NCBI GenBank assembly: GCA_964635125.1
Contig: CAZWMQ010000001.1
Location: 211,272 to 275,271 of the forward strand
DNA length: 64,000 bases
Source: an uncultured Candidatus Saccharibacteria bacterium
Lineage (GTDB): Bacteria > Patescibacteriota > Minisyncoccia > Phycocordibacterales > UBA5272
Direction: 5' to 3'
Position numbers and translations under genes: made by a program. The notes beneath the pieces were generated by a model. That model was not told the DNA's origin, did not search any database, and saw only the letters and a program-made list of their open reading frames with translations. This document shows positions 1 through 11,091 of this stretch, piece after piece (the stretch's first letter is position 1; every line of letters starts with the position of its first letter).

Positions 1-108
1 AAAGCCGGAAAGCCCGAAATGTATGCCAGCTTTGAAGTTATGAAAAAATATCAAAAAGAATTACAAGAGGTAGCAGGGAAGGCAGGGTTACAGAAGACAG
101 TGGAGAGA
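1..108 (+). CDS. 3' end of an unidentified gene (partial, begins upstream of window)
   Basis: Frame 1 is open from the window edge to TAG at 106-108 (...ASFEVMKKYQKELQEVAGKAGLQKTVER*). No recognisable motif. Confidence 0.3.
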
Positions 109-148
109 TAGGGAAATGTATTAAGAAATAAATATAATAATAAGTAAT

Positions 149-355
149 ATGTTAGGTTATATAGCTTTAGGAATTTTAATAGCAGCTTATGCTTTTCTAT
201 ATTTTAAAAAAGAAAATGTATTTTTTATAGTAAATTTAATAGCTTCGATAGGACTTTGCATACATTCAATTCTAATTTCTGATATTCCAAATTCTATAGC
301 TAATGGATTTATAGTTTTAGTACTTGGATTAACTATAATTCGAAAGTATAAATAA
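149..355 (+). CDS. small hydrophobic membrane protein (hypothetical)
   Basis: 68-aa ORF with two predicted TM helices. No recognised family. Confidence 0.3.
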   Translation: MLGYIALGILIAAYAFLYFKKENVFFIVNLIASIGLCIHSILISDIPNSIANGFIVLVLGLTIIRKYK

Positions 356-451
356 TTTAAAAAATAGAAACATAACAAAAATCTAATGTGTAAGCATTAG
401 CTTTTTGTTTTTAATTCTTTATATTTTGGTGTATAATAGAATAGTAAAGAT

Positions 452-541
452 ATGGAAGAATTACAAAAAGAAATCAAAGAGTTTATAAATGAGCGTGATT
501 GAAATCAATTTCATAATCAGTTATTAAAAATATTGGAATAA
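452..541 (+). pseudogene. MazG-like NTP pyrophosphohydrolase N-terminal fragment (truncated)
   Basis: ATG at 452. Translation with TGA=Trp is MEELQKEIKEFINERDWNQFHNQLLKILE*. It matches the conserved first helix of MazG/YpjD-type proteins (EFxxERDWxQFH) but stops at TAA after 29 aa. Confidence 0.35.
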
Positions 542-573
542 ATATAAAAAATATCTAGTCTGGTAAATGTAAG

Positions 574-1458
574 CTAATAATTTGTAATTAAAACTTCTTG
601 GGTCAATGCTCCATTTCTTGTGTTTGTATGATAATTTGAATTTGTATAATCCTTATCAATTCGGTGAACCTTGTATCCATTATTTTTAATCCAAGCATTT
701 AGTAAATCGTTCTTTTTTTCTTTGTGGGTTAATACATTTGATAAAGCAAATTTTATTTTTCGTTTATCTAAACTGTCTAAAATCGATAATAGCTTTTGCT
801 CTTGTTCGTTGTTCCAACCAGTAAAACCTCGTTTACCGTCATTGTATGTGCCAATAGTTATTAAATACGGCGGATCGCAATAAACAAAATCATCTTTGCC
901 AAGTACAGAAAAATCAAATTTATCAAAATCCACTTTGGTAAAAATAATTTTTTTACTATTGAGGGCATTTATGAAATCAATAAGATTTTTCTTGATATTC
1001 GCATTATAACGACTACGGTTTTTACCAAAAGGCGTGTTAAATTTATGGTCGCTATTAAATCTGATTTGATGGTTGAATGAAAAAAAGGTTAAAACCAAAA
1101 GATCAAGTGGATTTTTATTTTTATTATATTGCTCACGCAATTTTCCATAACCTGCCATGTTAGTAAGCGATAAATCAAATTTTTTGATTGTATTATCAAT
1201 GTATTTCAAAATTTCATTTTCAGGTTTTTTCGTCAAGAGTTGAAATATATCAATTAAATAAATCAAATTATCGTTTAATATAATTTCATTGGCTTTTATA
1301 TTGATACCTACATTCGCTCCGCCGGCAAACAAATCAACAAAACAATTTATCTTTTGAGGGAATAAAGGAAAAATTTGCGGTAAAATTTTATATTTGCCAC
1401 CGATATAATTTAATGGTGATTTGATAAAATTCGCCATAGTATTAAGTCCAAAAATCAA
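574..1458 (-). CDS. Dam-family (alpha-class) N6-adenine DNA methyltransferase, R-M associated
   Basis: Motifs PLNYIGGK / FVDLFAGGANV (SAM binding) precede DPPY (catalytic), which is the alpha-class order. Intact in the standard code. The likely start is MANFIK at 1434, just after the upstream gene's stop. Confidence 0.8.
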   Translation of the reverse strand: MIFGLNTMANFIKSPLNYIGGKYKILPQIFPLFPQKINCFVDLFAGGANVGINIKANEIILNDNLIYLIDIFQLLTKKPENEILKYIDNTIKKFDLSLTNMAGYGKLREQYNKNKNPLDLLVLTFFSFNHQIRFNSDHKFNTPFGKNRSRYNANIKKNLIDFINALNSKKIIFTKVDFDKFDFSVLGKDDFVYCDPPYLITIGTYNDGKRGFTGWNNEQEQKLLSILDSLDKRKIKFALSNVLTHKEKKNDLLNAWIKNNGYKVHRIDKDYTNSNYHTNTRNGALTQEVLITNY

Positions 1459-2848
1459 TTAAGCGAGTAATTGCATCCTTAAAGATTTCTGGTGCTTTAA
1501 TTCCAAGTATCAAATCGCCGTTTTTACTCAGAACAAAACCGACTTGAATTTCAAATTTTTCTGCTTTATCAATTCCGCCATACAAAACAACAGTACGAAT
1601 AATTGAAAAGTTAGGATAATTTGGCTTTATATACAAATTCTCAAAAGCATCAAAGAGCGATATCTGATCAATTCCAGTAAGTTTATTTTTATACATTTCG
1701 CCCTCAATATTCACGACTTGTTTTCGTAGCATATCTAAAATTGTCAAGTCTGGCAGATTGATAATTTTAGATTTGTCACCTGCTTTGTATTTTTCTCGGT
1801 CAATATATTTTTCAATGGTAATGTGTTCGCCCGTAGAAGCTAAAAAATAACCTCGCTCACTGCCAGCGTGATTTTCATAAATTGAATAACCTTCCGTAAA
1901 ACTCTCAACTACCAGATGAACGAAAATCGTGCCAAGTTTTTCGCCGTCTTTATCATATTTCCAATATTCTTGATGTGGTTTTGGCTGTGGAACAGACAAG
2001 GCATCTAATGAAATTCTGATTTGGTTGGCTATAAGAATAAACTTGTTCTTATAGCCTAGATGTTTCTGTGATAAGCCGTGTTTCGTAATTACAATTTCTT
2101 TGTTCCAGCCAAGTTTGCGTAATGTTGCTGAAATAATGCTTAAAGCTCCAATATTTGGGTCGTGTGATAATCCGCCAGACTTAAATAAACGACCTGAGAT
2201 TAAAATTTTATCGGTAATTTTTGTTATCTCAATCGGCACGTTACCTTTTGGCGGTTTTCGCATTGAGTTTTTGTAGTTAATCAATTCATCAACAGACGAA
2301 AACGGCTTAAAAATTTTGTCATCTAACTTTTTTCCCACAATCTCAACGCCGTTTGTTAAAAGCATTTTTGTGCCAAAAATATTAGTTTCGGTCGGCGTTT
2401 CTTTTTGATCAATTTGCAAGTTGTAAAGCATAACCTTGTGAACAGACGAATAAAAACTTTCCAAATAGACAAACTTTGAACACCTTTGATAAACGCCAGT
2501 GTTTCGGCTTTCACTATCATCGGTTTTAGTTTCCTCTATCGCATAATCTGGTTTATCGGTAGTTGGGTTAGGTTCTTTGTTTTGATAAAAAACCAGAAAA
2601 TCTACGAAACTTGAATAGCCACTAACTGTTTTGATATAGATTTTGTTAATACGATTACAGCGAAAACCCGTTAATTCGTAGGTAAAAGAAAATTTGCCAT
2701 TTTCTAAAATAGGTAAAATTCGTAAATTATCAACAAATCCTGAAAATTTATTATCATTGGCAAATTTTTCCAGAATTTGCCTCAAAACTTCAAGTTTTGG
2801 GCGTTCTTCGGTCAATATCCACAGATTTTTTGATTTATCCTCGTTCAT
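1442..2848 (-). CDS. putative type II restriction endonuclease (cognate R of the adjacent MTases); specificity unknown
   Basis: 468-aa ORF co-oriented with, and directly upstream of, the Dam-like MTase, and divergent from a second MTase. No motif I can assign. Intact in the standard code and GC-richer than the surrounding sequence. Confidence 0.4.
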   Translation of the reverse strand: MNEDKSKNLWILTEERPKLEVLRQILEKFANDNKFSGFVDNLRILPILENGKFSFTYELTGFRCNRINKIYIKTVSGYSSFVDFLVFYQNKEPNPTTDKPDYAIEETKTDDSESRNTGVYQRCSKFVYLESFYSSVHKVMLYNLQIDQKETPTETNIFGTKMLLTNGVEIVGKKLDDKIFKPFSSVDELINYKNSMRKPPKGNVPIEITKITDKILISGRLFKSGGLSHDPNIGALSIISATLRKLGWNKEIVITKHGLSQKHLGYKNKFILIANQIRISLDALSVPQPKPHQEYWKYDKDGEKLGTIFVHLVVESFTEGYSIYENHAGSERGYFLASTGEHITIEKYIDREKYKAGDKSKIINLPDLTILDMLRKQVVNIEGEMYKNKLTGIDQISLFDAFENLYIKPNYPNFSIIRTVVLYGGIDKAEKFEIQVGFVLSKNGDLILGIKAPEIFKDAITRLIDFWT

Positions 2849-2882
2849 TACGCCTAATTATAGCATAATAACAGGTTAAACT

Positions 2883-3719
2883 TTGCGGTTATGGTATAAT
2901 TTTTATATGAGTAGAGGGTACATAAATCAAATCTATAATAAAGATTGTGTAAGTGGTATGACCGACTTAATTCAATCTGCCATAACTGTTGATTTGGTTG
3001 TCGCTGACCCACCCTATGTTATTTCCAGAGAGTCAAATTTTCATACAATGAAAGACCGTAAGAACGCAAGAACTGGAACTGCATTTGGTGCTTGGGATGA
3101 AGAATTTGATAATAGCAACTGGATTGAGAAATCTTTTAGCGTGTTAAAAGACGGTGGCTCGCTGATTGTGTTTAATGACTTCAAAAAAGTTTCTGACATT
3201 ATTGCGATTGCTACAAAGTTTGGATTTGAATTCAAAGATGTAATTGTTTGGGAAAAAACGAATCCAATGCCTCGCAATCGTGATAGACGATATGTACCGT
3301 CATTAGAGTTAATGATCTGGTTTGTCAAAAAACAAAAAGCAAAATGGACGTTCAATCGACAGGACAGTTCTTATCAAAGCCCCGTAATGCGATATGCGTC
3401 TGAAAGTGGCGGTGCGTTTAAGCGTTATCATCCTACTCAAAAGCCCATTAAATTGATTGAGGAAATAATAAGAATCCATAGTAATTCAGGTGATTTGGTT
3501 CTTGATCCATTTATGGGTTCAGGAACAACAGCGATATCTGCATTAAACGCTGGTCGTAATTATGTTGGTTATGAACTGGATAAATCATACTTTGATGTTC
3601 TTACAAATCGCATAGCAGAACACACAAGCAATCATTCAAAAAGAGTTCTTATTGAAAAAGATGATTTTCCAGATATTAAAGTAAAGGTTGCACAGAAATC
3701 TTTATGGCAAAGTTATTAG
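2883..3719 (+). CDS. beta-class DNA methyltransferase (N6A/N4C, DpnA/M.MboIB-like)
   Basis: DPPY (aa ~43) lies N-terminal to HPTQKP and DPFMGSGTT, which is the beta-class motif order. Intact in the standard code, with 7 Trp all encoded by TGG. The start may be the internal MSRGY at 2907. Confidence 0.8.
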   Translation: MRLWYNFYMSRGYINQIYNKDCVSGMTDLIQSAITVDLVVADPPYVISRESNFHTMKDRKNARTGTAFGAWDEEFDNSNWIEKSFSVLKDGGSLIVFNDFKKVSDIIAIATKFGFEFKDVIVWEKTNPMPRNRDRRYVPSLELMIWFVKKQKAKWTFNRQDSSYQSPVMRYASESGGAFKRYHPTQKPIKLIEEIIRIHSNSGDLVLDPFMGSGTTAISALNAGRNYVGYELDKSYFDVLTNRIAEHTSNHSKRVLIEKDDFPDIKVKVAQKSLWQSY

Positions 3720-3855
3720 TCATTAATTATTTTTTTTATTCCTTTCAGTTTTGGTCGGTTATTTTGTGAGATTTTTTGTTGAAATAAAATACCTAGAAAA
3801 ATATTTAGTTTCTTTCTTCCCTTTAACTCCAAAATCTGCTATATTTAATCAAAAT

Positions 3856-4971
3856 ATGTCTTTATCTATTGGTATAGTTGGTCTGCCGAATGTTGGAAAG
3901 TCCACACTCTTTAATGCTTTAACTAAAAATTGTGTCCCAGCGGAAAATTATCCGTTCTGCACTATTGATCCATCGGTTGGTATAGTTGAAGTAGCTGATG
4001 AGCGACTTTATGCCTTAGCCAAAATGAGTAATAGCAAAAAAACCATCCCAGCCATTGTCGAGTTCGTAGATATTGCAGGACTGGTCAAAGGGGCAAGTGA
4101 GGGAGCAGGACTTGGTAATAAATTCTTACAACATATTCGTGATACCGATGCCATACTAGAAGTAGTGCGAATCTTTGAAGATGATAAGCAAATCCATGTC
4201 GAGAATAGAATTGATCCACTGCTTGATATACAGATAATCAATTTAGAATTAATCTTAGCAGATATTGCCACAGCCAATAAAAGACTTGAAGCAATTGAGA
4301 GAGATGTGAAAAAAGGAGATAAAGTTGCTATTAAATTTAAAGAAGCCATGCTAAAAATCAAAAAGTGTCTTGAAGAAGATAGACTTGCGAATAGACTTAT
4401 TGTAGAAAATAGATTAGACGAAGAAGAAATAAAATTAGTAAAAGAATTACATCTTATAACTATGAAGCCAATACTATATGCCTTAAACAAAAAAGCTGGA
4501 GCCAAAAATCTGGATGAGATAAATGATACAAGATATGAAGAGTTGATGAAATATTTTAAAGAGAATAATTTTAATTATTCTAAAATAGATGCGAAAGTGG
4601 AAGACGATTTAAAAGATTTTGAAGGAGAGGAAAAGGAATTAATGCGAAGCGAACTCGCTAACGGTGTCGTTGATGACGGGATTAAAGAATTAATAAATGA
4701 GAGCTATAAGATGTTAGGACTTGAGACTTATTTCACCACTGGTGAAGACGAGACTCGTGGTTGGACTATTAAAATTAACTCAACCGCACCTGTCGCAGCA
4801 TCTGCTATACATACTGATTTTCAAAATAAATTTATCCGAGCTGAAGTTGTGGCCTGCGAAGATTTACTTTCAGCTGGTAGCTATAAAGTCGCTCGTGAGA
4901 AAGGTCTAGTGCGAACCGAAGGTAAAGAATATATTGTGAAAGATGGAGATGTGATAGAGTTTCGGATATAA
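3856..4971 (+). CDS. ychF: ribosome-binding ATPase YchF/OLA1
   Basis: G1 motif [12 protein letters not shown], and [30 protein letters not shown]-terminal TGS-like VIEFRI. Confidence 0.85.
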   Translation: MSLSIGIVGLPNVGKSTLFNALTKNCVPAENYPFCTIDPSVGIVEVADERLYALAKMSNSKKTIPAIVEFVDIAGLVKGASEGAGLGNKFLQHIRDTDAILEVVRIFEDDKQIHVENRIDPLLDIQIINLELILADIATANKRLEAIERDVKKGDKVAIKFKEAMLKIKKCLEEDRLANRLIVENRLDEEEIKLVKELHLITMKPILYALNKKAGAKNLDEINDTRYEELMKYFKENNFNYSKIDAKVEDDLKDFEGEEKELMRSELANGVVDDGIKELINESYKMLGLETYFTTGEDETRGWTIKINSTAPVAASAIHTDFQNKFIRAEVVACEDLLSAGSYKVAREKGLVRTEGKEYIVKDGDVIEFRI

Positions 4972-5160
4972 AGTAAAAACCTAAACATTGTTGAGATGAT
5001 GGTCAAAGTTATGGAGGTTCTTCTATTTTAAAATCTGGTTATGCTGGCATACGAACTGATTTTATGGATGTGGATTTTGATAATTATAAGATAGTAGAAC
5101 AATAATATGTATTTGATTTAATACCTAATTTATGATATTATTTATTTCTAAATAAAACTT

Positions 5161-5403
5161 ATGAAAAAAGACATTCACGGACCGTATTTTGTAGAAGCAG
5201 TAGCTACTTGTGCTTGTGGGGCTAAATATATTGTAGGCTCAACCCAAGAGAAATTAGAAGTTGAGATCTGTTCAGCTTGTCATCCATTTTACACTGGACA
5301 AGAGAAAGTCTTAGATACTGCGGGACGAGTAGATAGATTCAAGAAGAAAATGGCTCAAGCTACCGTTAAAAAGTCTACAAAAAAGGTAACTAAAAAAGCT
5401 TAA
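5161..5403 (+). CDS. rpmE: 50S ribosomal protein L31
   Basis: MKKDIHGPYF...CSACHPFYTG, the L31 zinc-ribbon signature. Confidence 0.85.
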   Translation: MKKDIHGPYFVEAVATCACGAKYIVGSTQEKLEVEICSACHPFYTGQEKVLDTAGRVDRFKKKMAQATVKKSTKKVTKKA

Positions 5404-5478
5404 ATATTTTAAATAGAACATTCGTGAATATTTTTTGCGAGTGTTTTTATTTTGGAAATGTAATATAATAATAAAAAT

Positions 5479-6432
5479 ATGACTTATAGAGATGAAGATT
5501 TTAAAAATAATGATAAGACAAAATACACTTATCCTGCATATGAAGACCTCTTAAAAAAAGAAGTGGAGGCTAATTTGCTATTGTCTGATGAAGAAATGAA
5601 AGAAATAGCCGAAGAAGAAATTAAAAATATAAATATTCAAAAAGAAAATCTTTGGCAAGAAATGAGCGCAATTCTTGATAAGGATAAAGAGGAAGAAGAA
5701 AAACCTAAAGCCTTAATCTTAGAAATTGCTTCTGGAGCTGGAGGAGATGAATCATCACTTTTTGCCGCCGAGCTTGCGCTTATGTATCAAAATTTTGCTT
5801 TAAAAAATAAATGTAGCTTTGAAAAATTAGATGAATCAATCTCGGATGTTGGTGGATATAAAGATGTATCTTTTGAGATTAAAGGAGTAAGAGCTTGGGA
5901 TATATTTAAATATGAAATGGGTGTACATCGTGTGCAACGTGTGCCAGATACAGAGAAGAATGGCCGAGTGCATACTTCAACAGTGACAGTAGCCGTCATG
6001 CCAATTCGAAAAATAAAAAAGATAACTATTAATCCAGCAGATATTGAAATGGAGACATCACGAAGTGGTGGCGCAGGCGGACAAAATGTAAATAAAGTTG
6101 AAACGGCTGTTCGAATTATTCATAAGCCCACAGGGATTGCTGTTAAATGTACAGTCGAAAGAAGCCAGTTAAAGAATCGGGAAAAAGCGATGGAAATGTT
6201 ACAAGCCAGACTTGAGCAGATTGAAGAAGAAAAATTTGCTCAAGAAAACTCTGACAATAAAAGAGATCAAGTTGGAACTGGCGATAGGAGTGAGAAGATT
6301 AGGACTTATAATTATCCGCAAGATAGGATTACCGATCACCGAATTAAAGAATCTTGGCACAATTTGCCTAAAATCATGTCTGGCGAAATGGGGGAAATAG
6401 TTGAAGCCCTTCAAAATTATAAAGGTGAATGA
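5479..6432 (+). CDS. prfA: peptide chain release factor 1
   Basis: GGQ motif ([17 protein letters not shown]) and an RF1-type PxT tripeptide context (RVPDTE). Confidence 0.85.
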   Translation: MTYRDEDFKNNDKTKYTYPAYEDLLKKEVEANLLLSDEEMKEIAEEEIKNINIQKENLWQEMSAILDKDKEEEEKPKALILEIASGAGGDESSLFAAELALMYQNFALKNKCSFEKLDESISDVGGYKDVSFEIKGVRAWDIFKYEMGVHRVQRVPDTEKNGRVHTSTVTVAVMPIRKIKKITINPADIEMETSRSGGAGGQNVNKVETAVRIIHKPTGIAVKCTVERSQLKNREKAMEMLQARLEQIEEEKFAQENSDNKRDQVGTGDRSEKIRTYNYPQDRITDHRIKESWHNLPKIMSGEMGEIVEALQNYKGE

Positions 6433-6525
6433 GGAAGTGAGGAGGAGGAATAATTATCAAATTTCTTATTTTTAGAGAAAATTATTTTCTTAACATTCAA
6501 TTCAGAAATTTGTTATAATAGAATT

Positions 6526-7281
6526 ATGAAAATATTAGTAGTCGAAGATAATCCTAAATTAAATGAGGCAATTATGCTTTATCTAGAAGAAAATGAAGTT
6601 GAGGTAGAAGCTGCTTTTAATGGTGTTCAAGCTATATCTAAAGTGAAAGATTTAAAGAAAGCTGGCTTTGAATACGATGTAATCATAATAGATAGAATGA
6701 TGCCAATGAAAGATGGGATTGAAGCTATGCGAGAGATTAAAAATATGGGAGTAGAGAGTGGATTTATTATTTTAACGGCTAAAGATACAGTTGATGATAA
6801 AGTTTTTGGTTTAGCCGCTGGAGCGGATGACTACATGATTAAGCCATTCAATGTTAAAGAATTAATGGCTAGGATTCATTCTATATATAGAAGAAATCTT
6901 CAAAAAAATAATTTAAATTATAACCATAGTAATAGTTATAAAGGTTTTCAACCTAAAGAGCTTATTCATAAAAATGATAATTTAGATTTTATTTTAAATT
7001 TAGATAATAATGAAATTGTCATAGACAAAGGTAAAAATACTGAGAAAGTAATCACCTTAACTAATAAAGAAGCTAATATTTTTGGAATACTTTTACAAGC
7101 TAATAGTAATATTGTTAGTAAAGAAGATATTTTAGTAAAGATTTGGAATGAAGATACTATTCCAAATTCTCGTTTTGTAGATGTCCATGTTCATAATTTG
7201 CGAAATAAATTATTAAAGAATAATTTTTGCGGTAAGATTGAAACATTGAGAAATTCAGGTTATAAGTTAGTTTTTAATTAA
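6526..7281 (+). CDS. two-component response regulator, OmpR/PhoB family
   Basis: Receiver domain (VVEDNP...D...IIIDRMMP), an Asn-rich linker, and a winged-helix C-terminus (VDVHVHNLRNKL). Confidence 0.8.
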   Translation: MKILVVEDNPKLNEAIMLYLEENEVEVEAAFNGVQAISKVKDLKKAGFEYDVIIIDRMMPMKDGIEAMREIKNMGVESGFIILTAKDTVDDKVFGLAAGADDYMIKPFNVKELMARIHSIYRRNLQKNNLNYNHSNSYKGFQPKELIHKNDNLDFILNLDNNEIVIDKGKNTEKVITLTNKEANIFGILLQANSNIVSKEDILVKIWNEDTIPNSRFVDVHVHNLRNKLLKNNFCGKIETLRNSGYKLVFN

Positions 7282-7294
7282 TCTAATTAAAAAA

Positions 7295-8281
7295 ATGAAA
7301 ATTAAACTTTCTTTTAAAAATTTATTTACAGCTACTAGATTTCGCTTAGATTTAATTGCTGGAATATTTGTAATTTTTATATTGTTTACTTTTTCTTATA
7401 TAGTTTATAATTTATTAACCGAAGATATTATTTTTCAAATTTCTCCAGTTTTTCGGTATTTAGAAAATCAGAATAATTTTAATCCAGGTAGTTTTTTTGG
7501 AGATTTGCAAAAACAAACTTTATTTTTATTGGTCGTCTCAGATACTATTATTTTCATAATTTCAATGGTCTTTTTTGATCGTATGGTTAAAAGAATGCTT
7601 AAGCCAATTGAATATGTAACTAAATTACAGCAAAGTTTCGCTTCAAATGTATCTCATGAATTACGGACACCGTTATCAATTATGAATATGCGAGGAGAAA
7701 TATTAATGAGTAAAATTAAAAAGGGAGAAAACAAAAACGATATTATAGATAATAATTTTATTCCAGAATTCAAAGAAGGGGTTTCAGTTATTTTAAGTGA
7801 AGTTAGTAATTTAAGTAATATCTTAGATGACTTATTATTTGAAGCTAGAATTAAATATTCCGAAGACAAAAGTGTGGCAGTAAATATTAATGAATTAAAG
7901 GATTTGATTTATAAAGTCTATAATAATCAATCTTATCTTAAATCAAAAGATGTTCGTTTCGAAGTATTAAATAAAATTAATGATTCTAACAAGAGTATTA
8001 AAACAAATACTTTACATATCGAGAGAATTTTTAATAATTTAATTTCTAATAGTTTTAAGTTTACAAACTTCGGCTTAGTAAAAGTGATTTTAGAAGAATA
8101 TAAATTATATAAGAATAACTATTTAAAAATAATAATAGAAGATACAGGTGTTGGTATTAAGGAAGAAGATTTGAAAATGGTTACTAATAGATTTTATCGT
8201 GGCAAGAATATTGAAAATGAAGTTTCTGGGAGTGGAATAGGTTTGGCTATAGTGGAAGATATTATTAAGAAATATAATTGA
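7295..8281 (+). CDS. sensor histidine kinase
   Basis: Two N-terminal TM segments, H-box SNVSHELRTPL and G-box DTGVGI...GSGIGLAI. It sits immediately downstream of the response regulator. Confidence 0.75.
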   Translation: MKIKLSFKNLFTATRFRLDLIAGIFVIFILFTFSYIVYNLLTEDIIFQISPVFRYLENQNNFNPGSFFGDLQKQTLFLLVVSDTIIFIISMVFFDRMVKRMLKPIEYVTKLQQSFASNVSHELRTPLSIMNMRGEILMSKIKKGENKNDIIDNNFIPEFKEGVSVILSEVSNLSNILDDLLFEARIKYSEDKSVAVNINELKDLIYKVYNNQSYLKSKDVRFEVLNKINDSNKSIKTNTLHIERIFNNLISNSFKFTNFGLVKVILEEYKLYKNNYLKIIIEDTGVGIKEEDLKMVTNRFYRGKNIENEVSGSGIGLAIVEDIIKKYN

Positions 8282-8357
8282 GATTTTAAAATTAAGAGTA
8301 AAGAAAATAGTGGTACAATTATAGTTATAAGTAAGATACCGATTCTTTCAAATTAAT

Positions 8358-10097
8358 ATGGATATTTTAAAAGAATTTTTAAAAAGTAAAAAAATAGAAT
8401 TTAGTATAAAGATTGAAGACTTAGAAATAAATAGCGAAGATACTAGCTTATTTAAAATTATCCCAGAAATTATTATTTATCCTAAAAATAAATTTGAGAT
8501 TGCTGAGCTATTAAAATTCATCAATAATCATCGAGGAGAGAATTATAATCTAGTCTCTAGATCTGCCGGAACAGATATGTCTGGAGGGGCCATTGGAAAC
8601 TCTATTATTCTATCAATGATAAAATATTTTAATCATATTATTCAGATTAATAAGGATGAGGCTTTCGCTATAGTTGAGCCAGGTGTATATTATCGGGATT
8701 TTGAATTAGAAACTTTAAAGCATAACTTATTATTACCAAGTTATCCTGCCTCTCGTGAGATTTGTACTGTCGGGGGAATGGTAGCCAATAACTCCGGAGG
8801 TGAGAAAAGTTTAATTTATGGAAAAACCGAGAAATATATTTTAGAGCTAGAAGTTGTCTTAGTAAATGGAGAAATTATTAATATTACACCTTTAACGGAG
8901 TATGAGTTAAAGAATAAATTAGATTCTCTAGATAAGAATTCTTTAGAATATAAAATATATAGTAAAGTTTCAGAATTAATTAATAATGAAAATAATCAAA
9001 CTTTAATTCAAAAGAACAAGCCACAGGTTACTAAGAACTCGGCTGGATATTATTTATGGAATATTTTAAGAGTTGAGAAAGGGGAAAAGATTTTTAATCT
9101 AAATAGATTAATTACAGGATCCCAAGGGACTTTAGCTATTATTACGAAGATTAAATTTAAATTAATCACTCCAAAACCGAAATCAATTATGCTTTTGACT
9201 TTTATTAGAAATTTGAAAGACTTAGGTAAAGTTCGTGAGATAGTTTTAAAAGGAGCTCCAGAGAGTTTTGAAAGTTATGATAATCAGACTTTTAAAGTAG
9301 CGATGAAATTTCTCCCAGCATTTTTAAAGAAAATTTTTAAAAGAAATAAAAAAGATAATCGTAAGATAAGTTTTCTAAGATTAGCGATATCATTTTGGCG
9401 AGAGTTTTATATGTTGATTACTTTTGGGATGCCAAAATTATTTTTAATTACTGAATTTACTGGAGATGATATTAACGAGATTAAGGAAAGAGCTAAGAGG
9501 ATTGAAGTTGAGTTGAGAGAGAGTTTTTTAAAGGGAAAGATTAAATCCAGATTAATAGAAAGTGATTTTGAAAAAGAGAAATATTGAACCATACGAAGAG
9601 AGAGTTTTAATTTATTAAGACAGAAAGTCCGTGGTTATCACACAGCTCCATTTATTGATGATATTATTGTAAGAGGGGAAAAATTAGAAAGCTTTTTAAT
9701 TGAATTAATTCCAATTTTAAAGAAATATAAATTACTTTATACTATCGCCGGACATGTTGGAGATGGGAATATTCACATTATACCTTTAATGAATTTTAAT
9801 AACAAAAGTATAATTAATAAAGATATAGAAATAATTAGAAATTGTAGTCAGGAAGTTTACAATTTAATTCATAAGTTTAAAGGTTCAATTACTGCTGAGC
9901 ATAACGATGGCTTAATTCGGACTCCATTTTTATATGAAATGTATGATAAAGAAATATTAAAAATGTTTAGAGAAGTTAAGAATGTTTTTGATGAAAGAAA
10001 TATTTTAAATCCGAATAAGAAAGTACCGAAGTTTGATGATTTTCAGAAAGAATTTGAAAATAATTTAAAATATTTAAAGTTTAGAGAGCAAGAATAA
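8358..10097 (+). CDS. FAD-linked oxidase (GlcD / D-lactate dehydrogenase-like)
   Basis: FAD-binding PCMH-type N-terminus (RSAGTDMSGGAIG...CTVGGMVANNSGG) and FAD-oxidase C-domain (GDGNIHIIPL, AEHNDGLIRT). One in-frame TGA at 9585-9587 joins track ORFs 8358-9587 and 9789-10097. Confidence 0.7.
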
Positions 10098-10106
10098 ATA
10101 AAAATA

Positions 10107-10140
10107 AAAGCCAGCATTTTATTGCTGGCTTTTTAATTTT
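10107..10140. terminator. bidirectional Rho-independent terminator
   Basis: Hairpin AAAGCCAGCA-ttttat-TGCTGGCTTT flanked by T/A runs, between convergent genes. Confidence 0.7.
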
Positions 10141-10147
10141 TTTTTCT

Positions 10148-10930
10148 TTATCTATTGCGACCTCGTTGGGCGCGACGGAGTTTTTTCTTTGATTTCTGAT
10201 TAGCTTTTTTAGTCTCAGCTAATCTTTTATCAAAGTCAATCTCTCTACCATTGGAATCAATTATTTTTTTCGCACAGAGGTCGATAATATCTCCAGGAAA
10301 TAGGTGACTACTCCACCATTTCCCAAGATAATTCATGTAGATTTTTTGATCTACAAGTTTTCCTCTTCGGTTGGCAATTGGGAGCCCTAACTCTTCTGCT
10401 TTTACTCCCCAATCATTAAGTTTAGGAAGAAAATAGGCAAGAGATTGGCCTTTTTCTACCACATAACGACATTTCTCAACCGAGCCCCAATCGGAGTAGT
10501 TAGAGAAATGAATCGGAGATAGCATGCCGTTTCCACAGGCGAGAAAGACAGTGTCTTTCTTACATGGGTCATTAACTATAATGATAAGCTCGTTTTTAAA
10601 CTTACCACCATAGGTTTTACCATCTCCAGACAAAACTTTTTCCACTTTACCAGACCCAAAAACGAATCTGATATTCTTCTCATTAGTCACACATTGATAA
10701 TGTGACATAATATTTTTGGTTAAAAGTTTACGATACTTTTGAACCAGGGCTTTTTGTCCGACGGTATCATTTTTTTCACCGAGATTATGGAATTCCTGTA
10801 AAGGAAATCCAATGGTGAAAGTCGTATCTATTGGCTTTACATCCCATATGGGGCTTTTTTCTTTATTTTTACAAGCAAAGAAAAAAGTTGATATTACGGC
10901 AATACTTAAAATAAAAAAAATTTTTTTCAT
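10148..10930 (-). CDS. lipoprotein, hypothetical (possible Cys-dependent hydrolase)
   Basis: Signal peptide with a lipobox-like FFAC, the motif LACGNG, and a basic C-terminal tail. No family assigned. Confidence 0.5.
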   Translation of the reverse strand: MKKIFFILSIAVISTFFFACKNKEKSPIWDVKPIDTTFTIGFPLQEFHNLGEKNDTVGQKALVQKYRKLLTKNIMSHYQCVTNEKNIRFVFGSGKVEKVLSGDGKTYGGKFKNELIIIVNDPCKKDTVFLACGNGMLSPIHFSNYSDWGSVEKCRYVVEKGQSLAYFLPKLNDWGVKAEELGLPIANRRGKLVDQKIYMNYLGKWWSSHLFPGDIIDLCAKKIIDSNGREIDFDKRLAETKKANQKSKKKLRRAQRGRNR

Positions 10931-11091
10931 TTTTTATATATTTAATTGGTTAATAGAGACTTCAGTTCTAAAAACTCTATTAACCAATTAAAAGGAGTTA
11001 AAGAACAATAATTTTCATATATTATCATAATATATTAAGGTTGTCAAGCAAAAAGTCTTTATTTTATATGTTAAATTTAAATTATAATTAT

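Noticed and set aside
1442-2848. Assigning the R-M endonuclease to Sau3AI/DpnII-type (GATC)
   Set aside because: The size (468 aa) fits neither DpnII/MboI (about 280 aa) nor a confident Sau3AI match. I can support only 'putative REase' from context.
4008-4505. Long antisense ORFs inside ychF, rpoB, rpoC, leuS and others (e.g. 4008-4505, 40774-41001, 43105-43332, 44285-44784, 12769-13134)
   Set aside because: They overlap strongly supported conserved genes on the other strand and are low-complexity Ser/Leu/Ile-rich. They are spurious.
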